64,000 nt of DNA from Octopus sinensis (Eukaryota). This document shows, piece by piece, positions 12,271-25,960 of this stretch (positions are counted from its first letter, which is position 1; every line of letters starts with the position of its first letter). The notes below the pieces were generated by a model, which was not told where the DNA came from, made no database searches, and saw nothing but the letters and a program-made list of their open reading frames with translations. The position numbers and the translations under genes were made by a program. Location of the stretch: positions 25,854,001-25,918,000 of the forward strand of contig NC_043012.1 in the NCBI RefSeq assembly GCF_006345805.1, written 5' to 3'.

Positions 12271-12875
12271 GATAAAAGTAATTTCTTTAGTAGCCACATG
12301 GGCTATTACTTACATAGAAATATATCATTATTGATGGACTTAATGAAAGAACATTGCGTGAGGGTGGATGGCGAAAGCGAAGTGATAATAAAAACAAAAT
12401 GAATGTTAAAAATATTTTAGAATCAACATAATAAAAAATTGGATACAAATTAAAAGCCCTGAATAAATATGATTACATAAAATCGCAGAATAAATAATGA
12501 AAAAAATTATATAATTCCTTCTAATATAGATGCACAGCCTGAGATTTGTCGGATGGGGCATCATCGATTAAATTGACCAGTATACAAGATATAATCTCAT
12601 CCCATTTCATCTTATCTTCTATTTAATCCTGGGTGCTTCGTGATGGCGGAGACCTCATGCACGCCATCAATCGGATGCTGTTAGAATTAACTATTTCCTA
12701 TTGATCCGGCTGAATCCGCAAGTGTGACCAAACGAGGTTATGGATATTTATCCAACCAATATAAAAGTTACCCTGTATATTATGCATATGTATATATTTA
12801 TACACGCACACGTACACACAAATACACTCACGTACATACGCATACACACACTCATGCATTTATATATGTATATAT

Positions 12876-12911
<36 letters not shown>

Positions 12912-15189
12912 GATGTATACATACTTAGACACACACACTTATATACTGCCGTTTGATTTTCCCCGCAAAACATGTTCAGTGATTCTTTCTCATAACATTT
13001 TTATCACATATAGCAGCTCTGATCTCTCAATGCGGAGAAGTAGCGCCTCTGATATCCGAGTCATGCACTCTAAACAGTAATGTTATTTCAAAAGCTTTTT
13101 GGAGGACGCCATCAAAGCCGCTAGTATAACCGATGTGTTCTTTCGTACATTGCCCCAAAATACAAGAAGTAATGAAAGGCAAATTGATCTGAGCCAGATC
13201 TGAAGTCGAAACTTACGAAACCAGAAAGTTTGAAAAAGAAATTTTGTGATTGATCCACCCACGAATCGCAACACTCAACGCCTCAGAACGCCTTCCAATC
13301 GCTAGGATTACTAAAGCCGGGCAATTACCAGAAATACCTACTTGTCCAATATATCCATCGCTATGAGTAACACTCGTGTATTACTTGCTCTCTACGAAAG
13401 AAAGGAGAGGGAGATAGCCAGACAGATAGAAAAAGAAAGGTAGACAAATAGAAAGATAACGATAGAGAGACTGACAGACATGGAGAGATATTGACAAACG
13501 TAGGCACTTCTAGATAGAACGTGGATGCAATTGGCTTGGCATAATTTTACTTCATTTTTTTGGTTCCTTTTTTTCTGTTAAGCCACTTTTCCTCATACCT
13601 GACTCATTGTTCAACATCGCAGTGCGATACAATATGAAAGTGGAAAGAGTGACCTCTTCCTACTTCCTGTTCTTCAGTTTGTTTCTGGACACATTGGGGA
13701 ATGTACTTCCTAGATACCCTGCGTCTGAAAATATAAAATATAAGAGCCTCATAGTTGAAACGCTTTTCTTCTGATATCCGCTTCATCAGACCAAAACAGA
13801 TACTGAACAACAGGAGCAACAACGACAACACTATAAGCAGCAAAAAGTATTAAAAGTAGGAATCTAAAATATAAACTCCAAAACCTATGCCACCAAGAGA
13901 AATCAAAATCTAGGATCAAAAATAATTATCAAGAATAATAGGAAGATAATATAAAAGTTAATGCGGAAAACCAACTCGCTGGATGCAGACCAACATCACC
14001 CATCATCAGTTGTCGAACAAATACCATCATAATTTGGATGTCTTCTCTGCATCGCATACATTTGTGTGTTATAAATAATTTAGTGAAAGTAATATGATGA
14101 TAGAAAGTGGTAATTAGGTATAGCAAAGCATTTTACAATAAATAAACATGACAAAAAGGTGGGAAAATTGCACAAGCTAAACCCATCATTAAGTGTCAAC
14201 CAAATATCATCACAATTTCGACACCATCTAAACTGTGACGTTATTTTAGGTTATTGATAATGTTGTAGTGACTGACAGGAAGTATGTCAAAACGGTATGT
14301 ATCTAAATTGTCAGTTATAATCCAGTAAGATCCACATAGGTCTCAGTTATTGTCGTAAGCGAATAATGTTGTTGATGACATGTAGAGACAAATAGGAAAT
14401 TGACCTTATTATCATGAATAAATCTCTGCAGTAATGACCACCTACGTAGCTTATCTAGAAACATTAATATATATATATTTATATTAAGAAATACTGAATA
14501 AATTATTCTATCAATAACAAATGATTATAATAACGTTTCTCAAAACAGAATAAAAGCCGCGGGCATACTTCCACTCAGTTATAGAATTATTGGCATTACG
14601 ACACTGAAAAATTCTCTGTCCATTTATTGGTTTAAACTTCGTAGGAACCAAACCGCACGCAACTGGTTCTATAATAACCTGTCCTAGGAAAATATTGGTT
14701 TTAGTATGTTTAAATACTATTACATCCTTGGAACATTAACATCAAGCGTTTGTTGACCCTGAATATTTTTCATGCATATTTTTCCTCGTCATGCGCGTAA
14801 GTTATTGCTAGAAGAGAAAATAATACTCGATTATATAACTTTTTTAGTATTCGATTTGTTTACTTTATCCAACGAAAAGAAAGATAAAAACGTAAAATAG
14901 ATGTCAGCGACATTTGAGCAGAGAATATAAGAAGTTGTAACTAAATATTCTAGGTCAGCGTGTGCTACATGCTTCCTTCAAAACAGTCGCAAAAAATATT
15001 AATAACAAAATTAACAACGCTACTTCTATTTTTATTACTGCTACTAGTATTACTATTATTACTATCACAACTACTAACACGACTAGTACTGTAAAGACGG
15101 ACGAAAGTCAGAAAATATTAGACGGGTCATAATGATAAAGTGAAGTTGCTTAATTATCGACCCAACATGACTGATTGATTGAAGGATCG

Positions 15190-15540
15190 TAAAGAAAGAT
15201 GAAGAGAAAAAATATACATATATTTAGAAGACCTTGAAATTTGAAATAGGAAGAATTTGGAGCAGGCAAACAGTAAACTTCGTGTCTATAATAATTGGTG
15301 CGTTGGGAACAGTAAGCAGATATATAGACACATGGCTGAAGGAGACTGAAATAAAATACCTGGTAGAGCTCCTGCAGAAAGTTTGTCTCTTATGGAGAGC
15401 AAGAATTATAAGGAGAGCCCTAAGTTCTTGAAAGACTTCTGAAAACTTGTGGATACCTAAGGTTACAGGTAGTAACTCGCCACCCTTATAAATCCTACCA
15501 GGAATAAGAACGAACCTGAGCCAAACTAAAATATTAATAG
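15190..15540 (+). mobile_element. 3' end of an R4/Dong-like non-LTR retrotransposon (restriction-like endonuclease domain)
   Basis: ORF 15234-15431 EIGRIW...FVSIIIGALGTVSRYIDTWL...LLQKVCLL..ARIIRRAL resembles the IGALG/LQK.CLL..A.I.R..L C-terminus of RLE-type LINEs. A short 3' UTR follows. Confidence 0.72.
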
Positions 15541-15961
15541 TAACAACACATCGATCTAGTGCTCAACTTGTACTTATTTATGGAACTTATGATGGTTTAT
15601 TACTGTACACAGCTGGTCGAACTGGTTTCGTTTCTAATCTGTCGAGGAAGCAAACCTACAGAATGGCATTGTAATGTAGAAAGGTCATAAGGTCTTACAA
15701 ACCACAGCAGCTCTCTTTCTACAACGCATCACTCGTCTTGTCCGTCGTGCTTATTAGCTCCAAACCGTACTACAACGACGTCAGCAGCCCTGCATTCCTT
15801 ATTTTCTTTAACTAGCCTATCTATGTGTTGTTATGAGAAAGATTAGGCTGGAGAGTAGCATACTATTTCTATTTCTTTCGTCGCTTGACTAAGATTTGTT
15901 ATACTAGGCCGGAACAATTTGTCCTTCCGTATAATTTGCCCTTCTGCTCTGGAAGGAGACT

Positions 15962-15964
15962 ATG

Positions 15965-16044
<80 letters not shown>

Positions 16045-16045
16045 G

Positions 16046-16086
<41 letters not shown>

Positions 16087-16101
16087 CCTACCTATATCTA
16101 T

Positions 16102-16148
<47 letters not shown>

Positions 16149-16217
16149 CCTATCTATCTACCTATCTATCTATCTATCTATCTATCTGATAGATATATGA
16201 AAGAAAGGAAGAAAGAA

Positions 16218-16248
<31 letters not shown>

Positions 16249-16269
16249 CAGCCAGACAGAAAGAGCGAA

Positions 16270-16358
<89 letters not shown>

Positions 16359-16460
16359 GAGATAGAGAGATAGGTAGGTAGTTAGGTAGGTAGATATATA
16401 TATATATAATATATATATATATATAGATAGATAGATAAATAGATAGATAGATAGATAGAG
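15962..16460. repeat. (TATC)n tract followed by (GA)n/(GACA)n/(GATA)n tract
   Basis: Direct reading; the two GATA-type tracts are in opposite orientation. Confidence 0.97.
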
Positions 16461-16729
16461 AGAGAGAAAGAGAGAGAGAAAGAAAGAAATAGAGAGGGGG
16501 AGAGGGAGAGAGAGAGATTAGAGTATAAAACAATACTGAGTTATTGATGTTGTCGTTGCAAATTCTTTGGAGTGTTTTAATCACATCTGTCTTACTTTCT
16601 CTTGCGATTAATGACTGTTGCATTTTTAAACGATGTTAGCTTTCGTATTTATTTATATTTACCTCGACCTGTGCTAAACTTTAATGAGGATAGCAAGGAT
16701 GGCAAGGAAGACAAGCACAACGCACACAA

Positions 16730-16792
16730 CCACGATGATGACGATGACGATGACGATGACGATGATGACGACGATGTTACTGACAATGGTGG

Positions 16793-16830
<38 letters not shown>

Positions 16831-16910
16831 GTGATGACGATGACGACGATGATGATGATCATGATGACGATGATGATGATGACGACGACGATAATGATGA
16901 TGATGATGAC

Positions 16911-16957
<47 letters not shown>

Positions 16958-17775
16958 CGATGGTGAAATTGGTGGAATTTGATGGCAGTGATGAGCAAGA
17001 AGACCGTAATGGCGACGACGACGACGATGATAACGATGATGATGATGAGGAGGAGGAGGAGAGTGATGACGATGATGACTATGATGACGACGACGATGAC
17101 AATGATGACACCGACGATGACGATGACGACGAAAATCGTGAATAACGGTAATATTTTTCAATATTAAAGTAAAGATGATAATCCTTTCTACTATAGGCAC
17201 AAGGCTAGAAATTTTGTGTAGGGAGGCATCGATTCCATCGACCCCAGCGTTTCACTGGTTCTTATTTAATCGACCCCGATAGGATAAGAAGGCAAAGTCG
17301 ACCTCGGTGGAATTTGAAATCAGAACGTAACGGCAGATGAAATACTGCTGAGCAAAATAAGGAGGATAACGACGACGGTGATGATGATGATAATGGTGAT
17401 AATAATGATGATGATGATGATGATGAGTAGGAGGAGGAGGAGGAGGCCGCCGACTACGACGATGACGAAGATACTCGTAAATATTGGTAATAATGTTGAG
17501 GATGAAAACAAGGATGATGATGATGATGGTGATGATGACGACGACGATAATGCCGATGATGGTGATGGTGATGGTGATGATAATGACGATAATGATGATG
17601 ATGATGATGACGATAATGCCGATGATGGTGATGATGATGATGATAATGATGATGACGATGATGACGATGATGACGATGATGGTGATGGTGATGATGATGA
17701 CGATAATGATGATGATGGTGATGGTGGTGATGATGACGATAATGATGATGATGATGATGACGATCACGATGATAT
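16730..17775. repeat. Two long (GAT/GAC)n trinucleotide tracts separated by a SINE
   Basis: Direct reading; these give poly-D/M/H/I ORFs in all frames. Confidence 0.95.
17184..17356 (-). mobile_element. SINE family A, partial
   Basis: CTGGTTCTTATTTAATCGACCCCGATAGGATAAGAAGGCAAAGTCGACCTCGG matches family A. Confidence 0.85.
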
Positions 17776-18287
17776 AGATACCGGTGGTGAAGATAGACGC
17801 AATAAATACTGGATATGAGAGTCGCCAACGTTTGATATTGTTGACTTGCTCTCACTAACCAAATGGTTAATTTTCAATACGGAAAAACTACAAACATATT
17901 GCTGCACTATTAACACATGTTAATAGGAAGCATGCAGTGGTAGCTTGTAATTCATCACTTCTGACTATGTCTGGCGGCATCTCTTCTCTTTAATACTCTT
18001 TGCTTGTAGAGGAGAATAATACTGCAGCCTCGTCGGCGCGACTCGTATGAGCACAATTTTGCGCTCTGTTAATTTTAAGTCTGTGAATTAACAACTTCTT
18101 CTGGGTGGAGTATTGGGGGATAGAATCCCCTTAAATGCTTGTTCTGGTTATAAGTTCAAATATTGCCGAGGTAAATTCTGATTTTACTCATTTGTGGGTT
18201 TGCTAAAATATATCCTGTCACAAATTTGGATTGGTGGAAAATTATAAGATGCTAGAGCAAAATTCATTGGAATATTTCTTTGAAGTT

Positions 18288-18715
18288 AAGGCGGCGTGCT
18301 TGGTAGAATCGTTAGCACGCCGGGCGAAATGCTTAGCGAAATTTTGTCTCTCTTAACGTTCTGAGTTCAAATTTCGCCGAGATCGACTTTGCTTTTAAAC
18401 CCTTTTGTGGTCGATAAAATAAGTACCAGCTGAGTCCCGGGGTCGATGGAAATGACTTACTCACTTCCACAATATTACTTGCCCCGTGCCAAAATTTGAA
18501 TCCAATATTTCTTCAAGATTAAGGCACCGTTCTGACAGAATTGTTAGCACGCCAGGCAAAATGCTTAGCGGCGTTTCACTCCTATTTACATTCTGAGTTC
18601 AAATTCCTCGAGTTGGCATGTAATCCTTTCGGGGTTCATAACATACCAGTTGAATACCAGGGTCTATCTAATCGACTTAATCCTCACTCCCGAAACTGAT
18701 GGCCTTGTGCCTATA
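18288..18715 (+). mobile_element. Two adjacent SINE family A copies
   Basis: Heads AAGGCGGCGTGCTTGGTAGAATCG (18288) and AAGGCACCGTTCTGACAGAATTG (~18521), each with GAGTTCAAATT. Confidence 0.85.
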
Positions 18716-19611
18716 TTTCTTCATGGTCATTGTACTCTGAGCTCACATCACGCTGTAGTCTATCTGAATGTTGACATAATCCGATACCAGTTTTAAAACA
18801 GCTGCACAGTACCATGTGTGCCCTTGGAAAAACATATTCGACCTAGGTTTTCGGTTAAAAGATATATTTATTTCTTACTACCGTCAGTCTCAGAAACCCC
18901 GTAAAGCTTCATTTACGATACTTGACATCTTGCCCAAAGCATATAAGAAAATATATGGAGGACCAGAAATGTTAGGGGTGGGGAGCGTGAATAAAGATAC
19001 AGAGGTTTGGATGGCGCTTAATATAAAAGCAAATAGCTGGTGAATTTGAAGGTAGAGTTTGTGATCCCGAGCTACAGAGAAATAATGAAATAAGAGCGAG
19101 AACGTACAGAACAAATAACCCGATTCTTAATTTAGCATTCTTTGAAAGCGCAATATCGAGCGGAAACACGAAAATGTAGGGCTTAAAATTTCAAGGGTGT
19201 TAATATATGAAATCCTATGAAGCGGTATGCTGGGGATTTGTAGCTAGATCTGCAATGTTGAAACTGAACTTAACAGAGCAATGAAAAGGAATTGAAAAGA
19301 AGAAAGTAGATTTGCTCGCGTAGTTGGTAAAGCAATGTCGCAGATACAACAAAGCCGAGGGTAAAGAAAGAGCAAATTGTTAATAAGTTGCTTAACACAA
19401 TGGTTGATATATGGTTACAGTTGAGCTATTTCGATATATTATCCGCGTGGTTAATGGGGGAAACACCTGAAGTGTGAACCCAAAGTATGCAGATATTTAA
19501 CGGTTGCATAAAAGTTGTTCGGCACGACAAGCGAGAATGATTCTGTAGGGAGATTGCAAAATCATGTTAAGAAAACTGAGAACTGATAAAGATAGTGTCC
19601 TTCATTATGTA

Positions 19612-19641
<30 letters not shown>

Positions 19642-19642
<1 letters not shown>

Positions 19643-19725
19643 ATTTCTAAATTCGGTGTGTGGTGAGGCAAATCGTTGCTAAACCCTTAATTACTTAGTA
19701 TATATATATATATATTTATATATTA

Positions 19726-19791
<66 letters not shown>

Positions 19792-19858
19792 TATATATAT
19801 ACTAAGTAATTAAGGGTTTAGCAACGATTTGCCTCACCACACAACGAATTTAGAAATA
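19642..19858. repeat. 59-bp inverted repeat around a (TA)n core, forming a ~217-bp quasi-palindrome
   Basis: 19642-19700 is the reverse complement of 19800-19858 with one mismatch. Confidence 0.92.
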
Positions 19859-19950
19859 GCAATCAAAAAGTCTTGGCTATTCTACTTAAAAGGGAGATCT
19901 CAGTAAAACCAAAGCACTTAAAAAGCAAACGACGCAGGTATATATATATA

Positions 19951-20014
<64 letters not shown>

Positions 20015-21414
20015 GTATGCATGTATGTACACAGAGCGCTCGTCTCAAGACTGGTTATTTTAAATCACATTCCCAATAATCCGGCAGGATGTTTATCTAA
20101 TCCGATGAACGGGATCATGCGATTTGAATAATCATAAATTATGTAGCAACTGCAATAACCACATACGTTAGTGTGTATGTGTATGTGTGTGTGAGTGTGT
20201 GTGTGGGTGTTTGTGTGCGTGCGTGTGTGTGGTGTGTGCGTGTCTAAGAAATGAGCTCAGACTTTAAATGAAAAGCGTAATAGAAAATTGGTACTTAAAT
20301 GTGGCCGTCAATCGCTGTGTCACAAAGGACTTTTGTAGTTTAACGCCAAATACTCATTCGGAACGGTTGTTCAATGATTGATCCACAGAACGCTAACTTA
20401 AAGACAAAATAAAACTAAAATATTCTCTGTGAATGCTGCAGAAAAAATGAAATACTGCTTGGCGACGTACATCGCCGGATTTCCGTCCGAGGCATTCTGA
20501 AATATGCGTAATCCCGTTAAGCGGGACATGTACGGAATCTTTTCTGTTGTAATTCAACTGAAAATTGCTGGATACCACGGCCAGGTGGCATGTATGAGGC
20601 AAGATATTTGGCTTGTCTCAAGTTGAGATCCAATGAGTTTCCCACTAGTGAATGTCTGACTCGAGGTGTTCCTCGATCTAATATCTGCAGGCACTCTGAT
20701 GCCGTTACTAAAATTGTAACTTTAGAATTTAATAAAACGTTAGGTTTCTCGATAAAATAAAAGAGAAAATCATAATGATTATGAAAAGGGATATAGTAAT
20801 ACAAGAAATAAAATAGGAAATACAACGTGAACGTGAGTAAACTTAATATAATCTTTGAACGATAGTCTTAAGCAAATAATGGTATGGATGGGGATACAGC
20901 TGCACCTTTGTTAAAGGTAAAATCACATGGGACTACAACAGGAGTCGGAAGTGGTTAGTTTGGAACGTCAGATAATAAGAAAAGATAATTGTGGGTGGGG
21001 GAGAAAACCGGTGACAGACAGGAAGCAGATGTAAGTCATAGCAGTTAGAGTAAGCGAACTTGAACATGCAAGAAATTTTTGCTGTGTTTATCGGAAACCA
21101 TGAATGTAAGAAAGTGTCACAAACAGTAAAAATACTTAAAATACAGAACAACCGAAAATGTGGCTTTCATCAGCTACAACGTTAAAGACTATGGCTGTTT
21201 CATTACCCTGAAATGGAACCGCTGCCTTAGTGCCTTGAAAAAGCTACACGTATATCTTTATAAGTCTTTGTAGCCTTCCATAAATTAGAAAATGCTAAAC
21301 ATATTTCATCAGCGTTCTTATCTATGTGTGAACAGTATTTGTAAATATGTAAGCTTTTAATTCAGATTAGTTTATTTATGGCTTTCTTTTTTAATTCTTT
21401 ATTCTTCTTCTCAG

Positions 21415-21626
21415 TAAAGCATCACATTGACATGGAATACATTGCAAAGATCGATTGCAAAACCAATTCGCTTCCACAACCATGAAATGGAGATCACTTC
21501 AAACGTCGCTTCTACCGTCTTTGCTCCGATGGCGATAATAGAAACATCCATTGATTTCTGCGACGACATCGAACTCTATGAAGAGAATTCATGCCTGGCA
21601 GAATTTATATTATCCCGGATGATCAG
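21415..21626 (+). CDS. Candidate first coding exon of an unidentified gene (ATG at 21487; phase-2 donor)
   Basis: Long pyrimidine tract plus TCAG acceptor at 21414; gaaATGG start context; 46 open codons MEITSNVASTVFAPMAIIETSIDFCDDIELYEENSCLAEFILSRMI; CAG|GTGAGA donor; non-repetitive sequence. No protein family was recognised. Confidence 0.3.
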
Positions 21627-21669
21627 GTGAGATGTCAAGAATTTATTACCAGGCACTGCTGTAGTGTCT

Positions 21670-21993
21670 TTCCGTAGTCAGGATGCTTAACTTTCAACAA
21701 ACTAAGCCAATCATTTCTAAATAGACAGGGTGTGTGGTGTATAAAAATTCGTTTCTGTATATATCAGCTAAGATTACGCTGGTGTCCTTAAATACACAAC
21801 CACAGCGTACATGGATTAGCATTATCCACTACGATCCGTAGGGGACATGGGCAAAAACCGCGTATGCATAGGCCTTAAAACGGTACAGTTTTATATCCGA
21901 CACGCCTATAACAGTGCTGTCTGGTTTATTGCTTCATCGAAAACTTGAATCACGATTAACGGATTCGCTTTTCGCGTACAAAAAGCATTCCAT
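21670..21993 (+). repeat. ~325-bp unclassified repeat, copy 1
   Basis: Aligns collinearly with 25961-26292. Confidence 0.85.
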
Positions 21994-23032
21994 CCAGAGA
22001 GAGGTTTATTACTCATTCACTTAACTCTAATGTAAGAGACGAATGTGGAGATCAGCTGCTGTGCTCTGAAGCTTTGGGATTCGGAAATAAGTTAATAAAT
22101 GCGGTAAGCCATAAATGACAGGCGAAAAAAAATTAATCTGATGTCAAAGCTTCCCTTTGATTGGTTAAATCTTGATCGCATATATGTCACTTAAACGCAT
22201 TTTAATATGATTTCATACTAAATTTAGTAAAATGCTTAAATAACAAAATCTAAATTCATTTTCTGCAGGTAAAAAAAATAAATTCCGTTATCTAAATTAA
22301 TATTTTGAACATGGTGCTGAGACAGAAACATTAGAACGGCGTTCTAAATGCATTACAAGTTTTGTTTTTGTTTATATATATTTTTTCTCAATCCTTCTAG
22401 CTTCTGACATTAAAAGCATTCTATTACAAGGTCGATATTACCATTCATCACTGAGGGATCGATAAACCAAATGTTAGCCATGGAGCTGAATTCTTTCAAT
22501 GGCCGCATCACAAACCTTCCAGTCTGTGTTTTCGTGTAATTATGAGAAAGTATTGAATATATTCTCGCAGTAATTAGTTTGTCTCATACAAGTAGAGAGT
22601 GAGACAAATTGAACAACGTAATTTAACTGCTAAGAGGACAACGTCACCTTTAGTTTAGGTTTCAAATCTATCTAAATCCTACTTCGACTTTAATCAGAAC
22701 ATAGTCAATAAATTTGATATCGGGGATACAATTTTCTTCTGTGTAAAACAGTTACTCTTGAACATACATATTTCCTGCTCTTGTGAAGAATTAATGGTAT
22801 GCATGATTCCTGGCATATTGCATTATAAAAAGCTACCGCCCACACACACCAACTTGCTAATAGAAGAATATTTAGTGGTACATCTATCTATAGTGTAGTG
22901 GATTCAAGTCGCTGGTGGGACGAATCTTCGTCTTCGACTGATATTTATTAAGCTTCTCATACAGCACATTTATAATATATTTTATCTCAGGAGAAATGCT
23001 ACTGTAACTACTATAACAACAATATATAATAT

Positions 23033-23089
<57 letters not shown>

Positions 23090-23465
23090 TGTGTGTGTGT
23101 GTGTGTGTGTGTGTGTCATGATACAGAGATAGAATATGAATTATATAAATACGTTATTTATACTGAGCCAGATGGCCACACGCATTGCCAGTCATTATTT
23201 CGACCACTCTTTCTCATATCGTAGGCAGCGAATTCTCTTCCAAGCAGATGGCTGGCTTCGAATACTCACCATTAAAAAAGACTCCAAACGATAGGACTGC
23301 ATCTAACGACTGCTGGGACCGATTTTCGTTTCCCTCCGATATTTATATTGCTTTTTAACATATTTCGCCCATAAAACATGTTAAGTCAGGTCAAATACTG
23401 CAGTATGTACCTTATCAACAGTCTATATACGTACATTAAGTAAGATGCTTAAGTTGAATAAGGTA

Positions 23466-24766
23466 GGGGAGACGGGTCTAGTTGTTATATTTTTAATATT
23501 TTTTTTTGCCTTGGCACCCGCATAAATCAACACAGCTGTGTTCATTTATTCATATTTAATTAGCTGTATTCATTTTTGATTAGTAAAAAAATCTCTATTT
23601 ATTGTTATCACCAGCAAAAAACAGAATTACATAACATTAATTAGACAGGCTCTAATTAAAGAGGTGATGTCAGCCGTAACAATTTCCCCCGAGTGCGGGG
23701 TACGTTGTGACACTTACTGGGGTACTTTATAACAACTGTTGATAACTCGGAATTATGTTAACAAACAAGTTTAAAATGAATACGTCTCCTGCTTTTTGCA
23801 TCTAGGAAGTATTATTTTAATTAACTACCTGTGCTTGAACCACCTCATATCTTAACTGTAATACTGAGAGTCCTCATCAGCCAATTTTCCCATTGTTACA
23901 TGTGCCATTCAGTCAGAATTGTCCTCCATTAACTTCTCGCCACACAGATCACACAGTAAGTCCTGTTGTCCATCGCTATAGTCAATGTGTGCCCAGTCTT
24001 TACAGATCATGCATTGCACCCATTATTCCCCTGGAACGGAGTTGGAATACCAATCTGAGCAGACAGGCTATTTTCCAATTGGCGACTTGGTTGTTGCGTG
24101 GCTGCTTCCCTTTGCCTTTATCGATTTCAGTTGATTTTGCCTTCCCCTTTGTTGCCTTTTCTGTACCAGTTGCCTTCTTTAGTTTGGATTTCCGTTCGTT
24201 TATTTCCTTCCCTATGCGCTGTTGTACGGCAACATCCCGTAATGATTTCTTTTTATCCACAACTTTTCTGGCGGCTCTTTCCCTGACATCAGGAGGGGTA
24301 TCCCCCCTTGTAGCTTTCCTTTTATAATTTCTAGGCATGGCGTGATAAACTGAAATAGAAGGGGTAAGATGTTACATGCCTGGGGTAAGTGTTGATACAC
24401 TGAAACAATTAGCCTCGACCATGGGTCTCTGGGAATTACCTCGTACAGTGCTCTAGCAATGCCTGGCATCCGGAACACATCTTCATGTATCGAAGGCAAC
24501 TTCCAACACTTCCTAATGAGCCACAAACTACTTGTGCTTTAGTAGTTAAGGAAATTTTGTGGCAAAATTTCATCTTTGGAGTAAAAGATCGTATTTTGAG
24601 CCATATCTTTCCTGGTGTCAGCCCGCCAGTGCAATACACATGTGCAGTCATGATGCTTTGGAGTTGACCTTCACGAGGTAGAGACCCGAGTTTCACCTAT
24701 TTATTGAAGTTGGAAACAATGGGCTTGCAACAACTTACTGATGTAACAACTAGACCCGATCTCCCC
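23466..24766 (-). mobile_element. Internally deleted pogo-like (Tc1/mariner superfamily) DNA transposon
   Basis: TIRs GGGGAGACGGGTCTAGTTGTTA / TAACAACTAGACCCGATCTCCCC with TA on both sides. Minus-strand N-terminus MPRNYKRKATRGDTPPDVRERAARKVVDKKKSLRDVA. A second frame near 23940-24070 gives the PHD-like CPVCSDWYSNSVPGE*WVQCMICKDWAHID...LCDLC. Confidence 0.82.
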
Positions 24767-25189
24767 TACATAAGTTGCTATCAGTCCAACGTTGTCGTTT
24801 ATAATTTTCCTCCTCGTAAATACATTAAAAAATTGAGTCACTTCACGGATCCGCTCCTTTCTTGTATAATCCTTCCTTATATGGATTTAAAACTCAAAAA
24901 TATATTATTGAGAATCATTTTCACCATAAGCGGTTTCTCCAGCTTTGATGTGCAAATTCTTTGCGTTTTTTTTTAGATTTATTGTGAATATCACATATGA
25001 GAAGCCAAATCTCGCGTTGCATTCATGACTAAAAATAAACAGGTGTAGCATCTAATTTATGATGTTGAGAGCCATATGAGGATTGTAAGATGGGAACATT
25101 CTATAGCAATGTTGTAATGGTGAAAGCTAGTCGCTTGCGCTTTTATAATAATAACTTGTTCTGTTATAAAAAGTGGGGAGGAACTCCAA

Positions 25190-25460
25190 CGCTTTTAGTT
25201 GATCCGATCAAAGGAACAAACAGTAGCTGACCACTCCCCAGACACCCGTACACTTAACGTAATTCTGAGGGTGATTCAGCGTGACACAAAATGCGATATG
25301 TTTGGTCCTTTGAAATACAGGTACGACTCATTTTCGCCAGCTGAGTTGAATGGAGCAATGTAAAACAAAATACTTTTCCCAAAGACAAAACGCACCTCAG
25401 AGAATCGAACTCACGACTTTATGACCGTAAGCCGAATACCCTAAGCAATGAGCCACCTGT
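25190..25460 (-). mobile_element. SINE family C with the shared head
   Basis: Matches 6204-6482 in reverse complement. Confidence 0.8.
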
Positions 25461-25485
25461 CTTTTACGCTCTGTTGTAATGGTTT

Positions 25486-25886
25486 ATTTATTCTTTTACT
25501 TGTTTCAGTCATTTGAATGCGGCCATGCTGGAGCACCGCCTTTAGCCGAACAAATGGACCCCAGGACATATTCTTTGTAAGTCTGGTACTTATTCTATCG
25601 GTCTCTTTTGCCAAAACACTAGCTTACTGGGACGTGTGCACACCAACATTGTCAATCGATGGTGGGGAAACAAACACAGACACGCAAACATATCCTCACA
25701 TATAGACACACACACACATATATATATGCGACGGGCTTCGAGTTTCCGTCTACCAAAACCACTCACAAGGCTTTGGTCGGCTCGAAGCTATAGTAGAAGG
25801 CACACAAGCTGCAACGCAGGGGGACTGAACCCGGAACGATGTTGTTGGTAAGCAAGCTACAAACCACACAGCCACACCTGCGCCTA
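25486..25886 (-). mobile_element. tRNA-headed SINE family D (CORE-like motif in intact copies)
   Basis: Collinear with 49428-49810 and 63237-63660. Minus-strand head GTGGCTGTGTGG...GGTTCAGTCCC. Confidence 0.85.
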
Positions 25887-25960
25887 GAATAACAATATTT
25901 CTGATGTCTTCATTGCACATATTTCCCCACTTATTACCTGTGTCACATTATCCGTAGTCA

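Noticed and set aside
13760-13800. CTGATGA on the minus strand
   Set aside because: No downstream GAAA or stem III.
16602-17818. Poly-Asp ORFs resembling acidic biomineralisation proteins, and poly-His on the other strand
   Set aside because: Pure (GAT/GAC)n microsatellite with a SINE in the middle; no signal peptide or splice support.
18816-19170. Short non-repetitive ORFs on both strands
   Set aside because: No recognisable motif or convincing splice signals.
21905-21930. TAACAGTGCTGTCTGGT, reminiscent of miR-8/miR-200 family sequences
   Set aside because: Interrupted seed, not conserved in the second copy, and no precursor hairpin seen.
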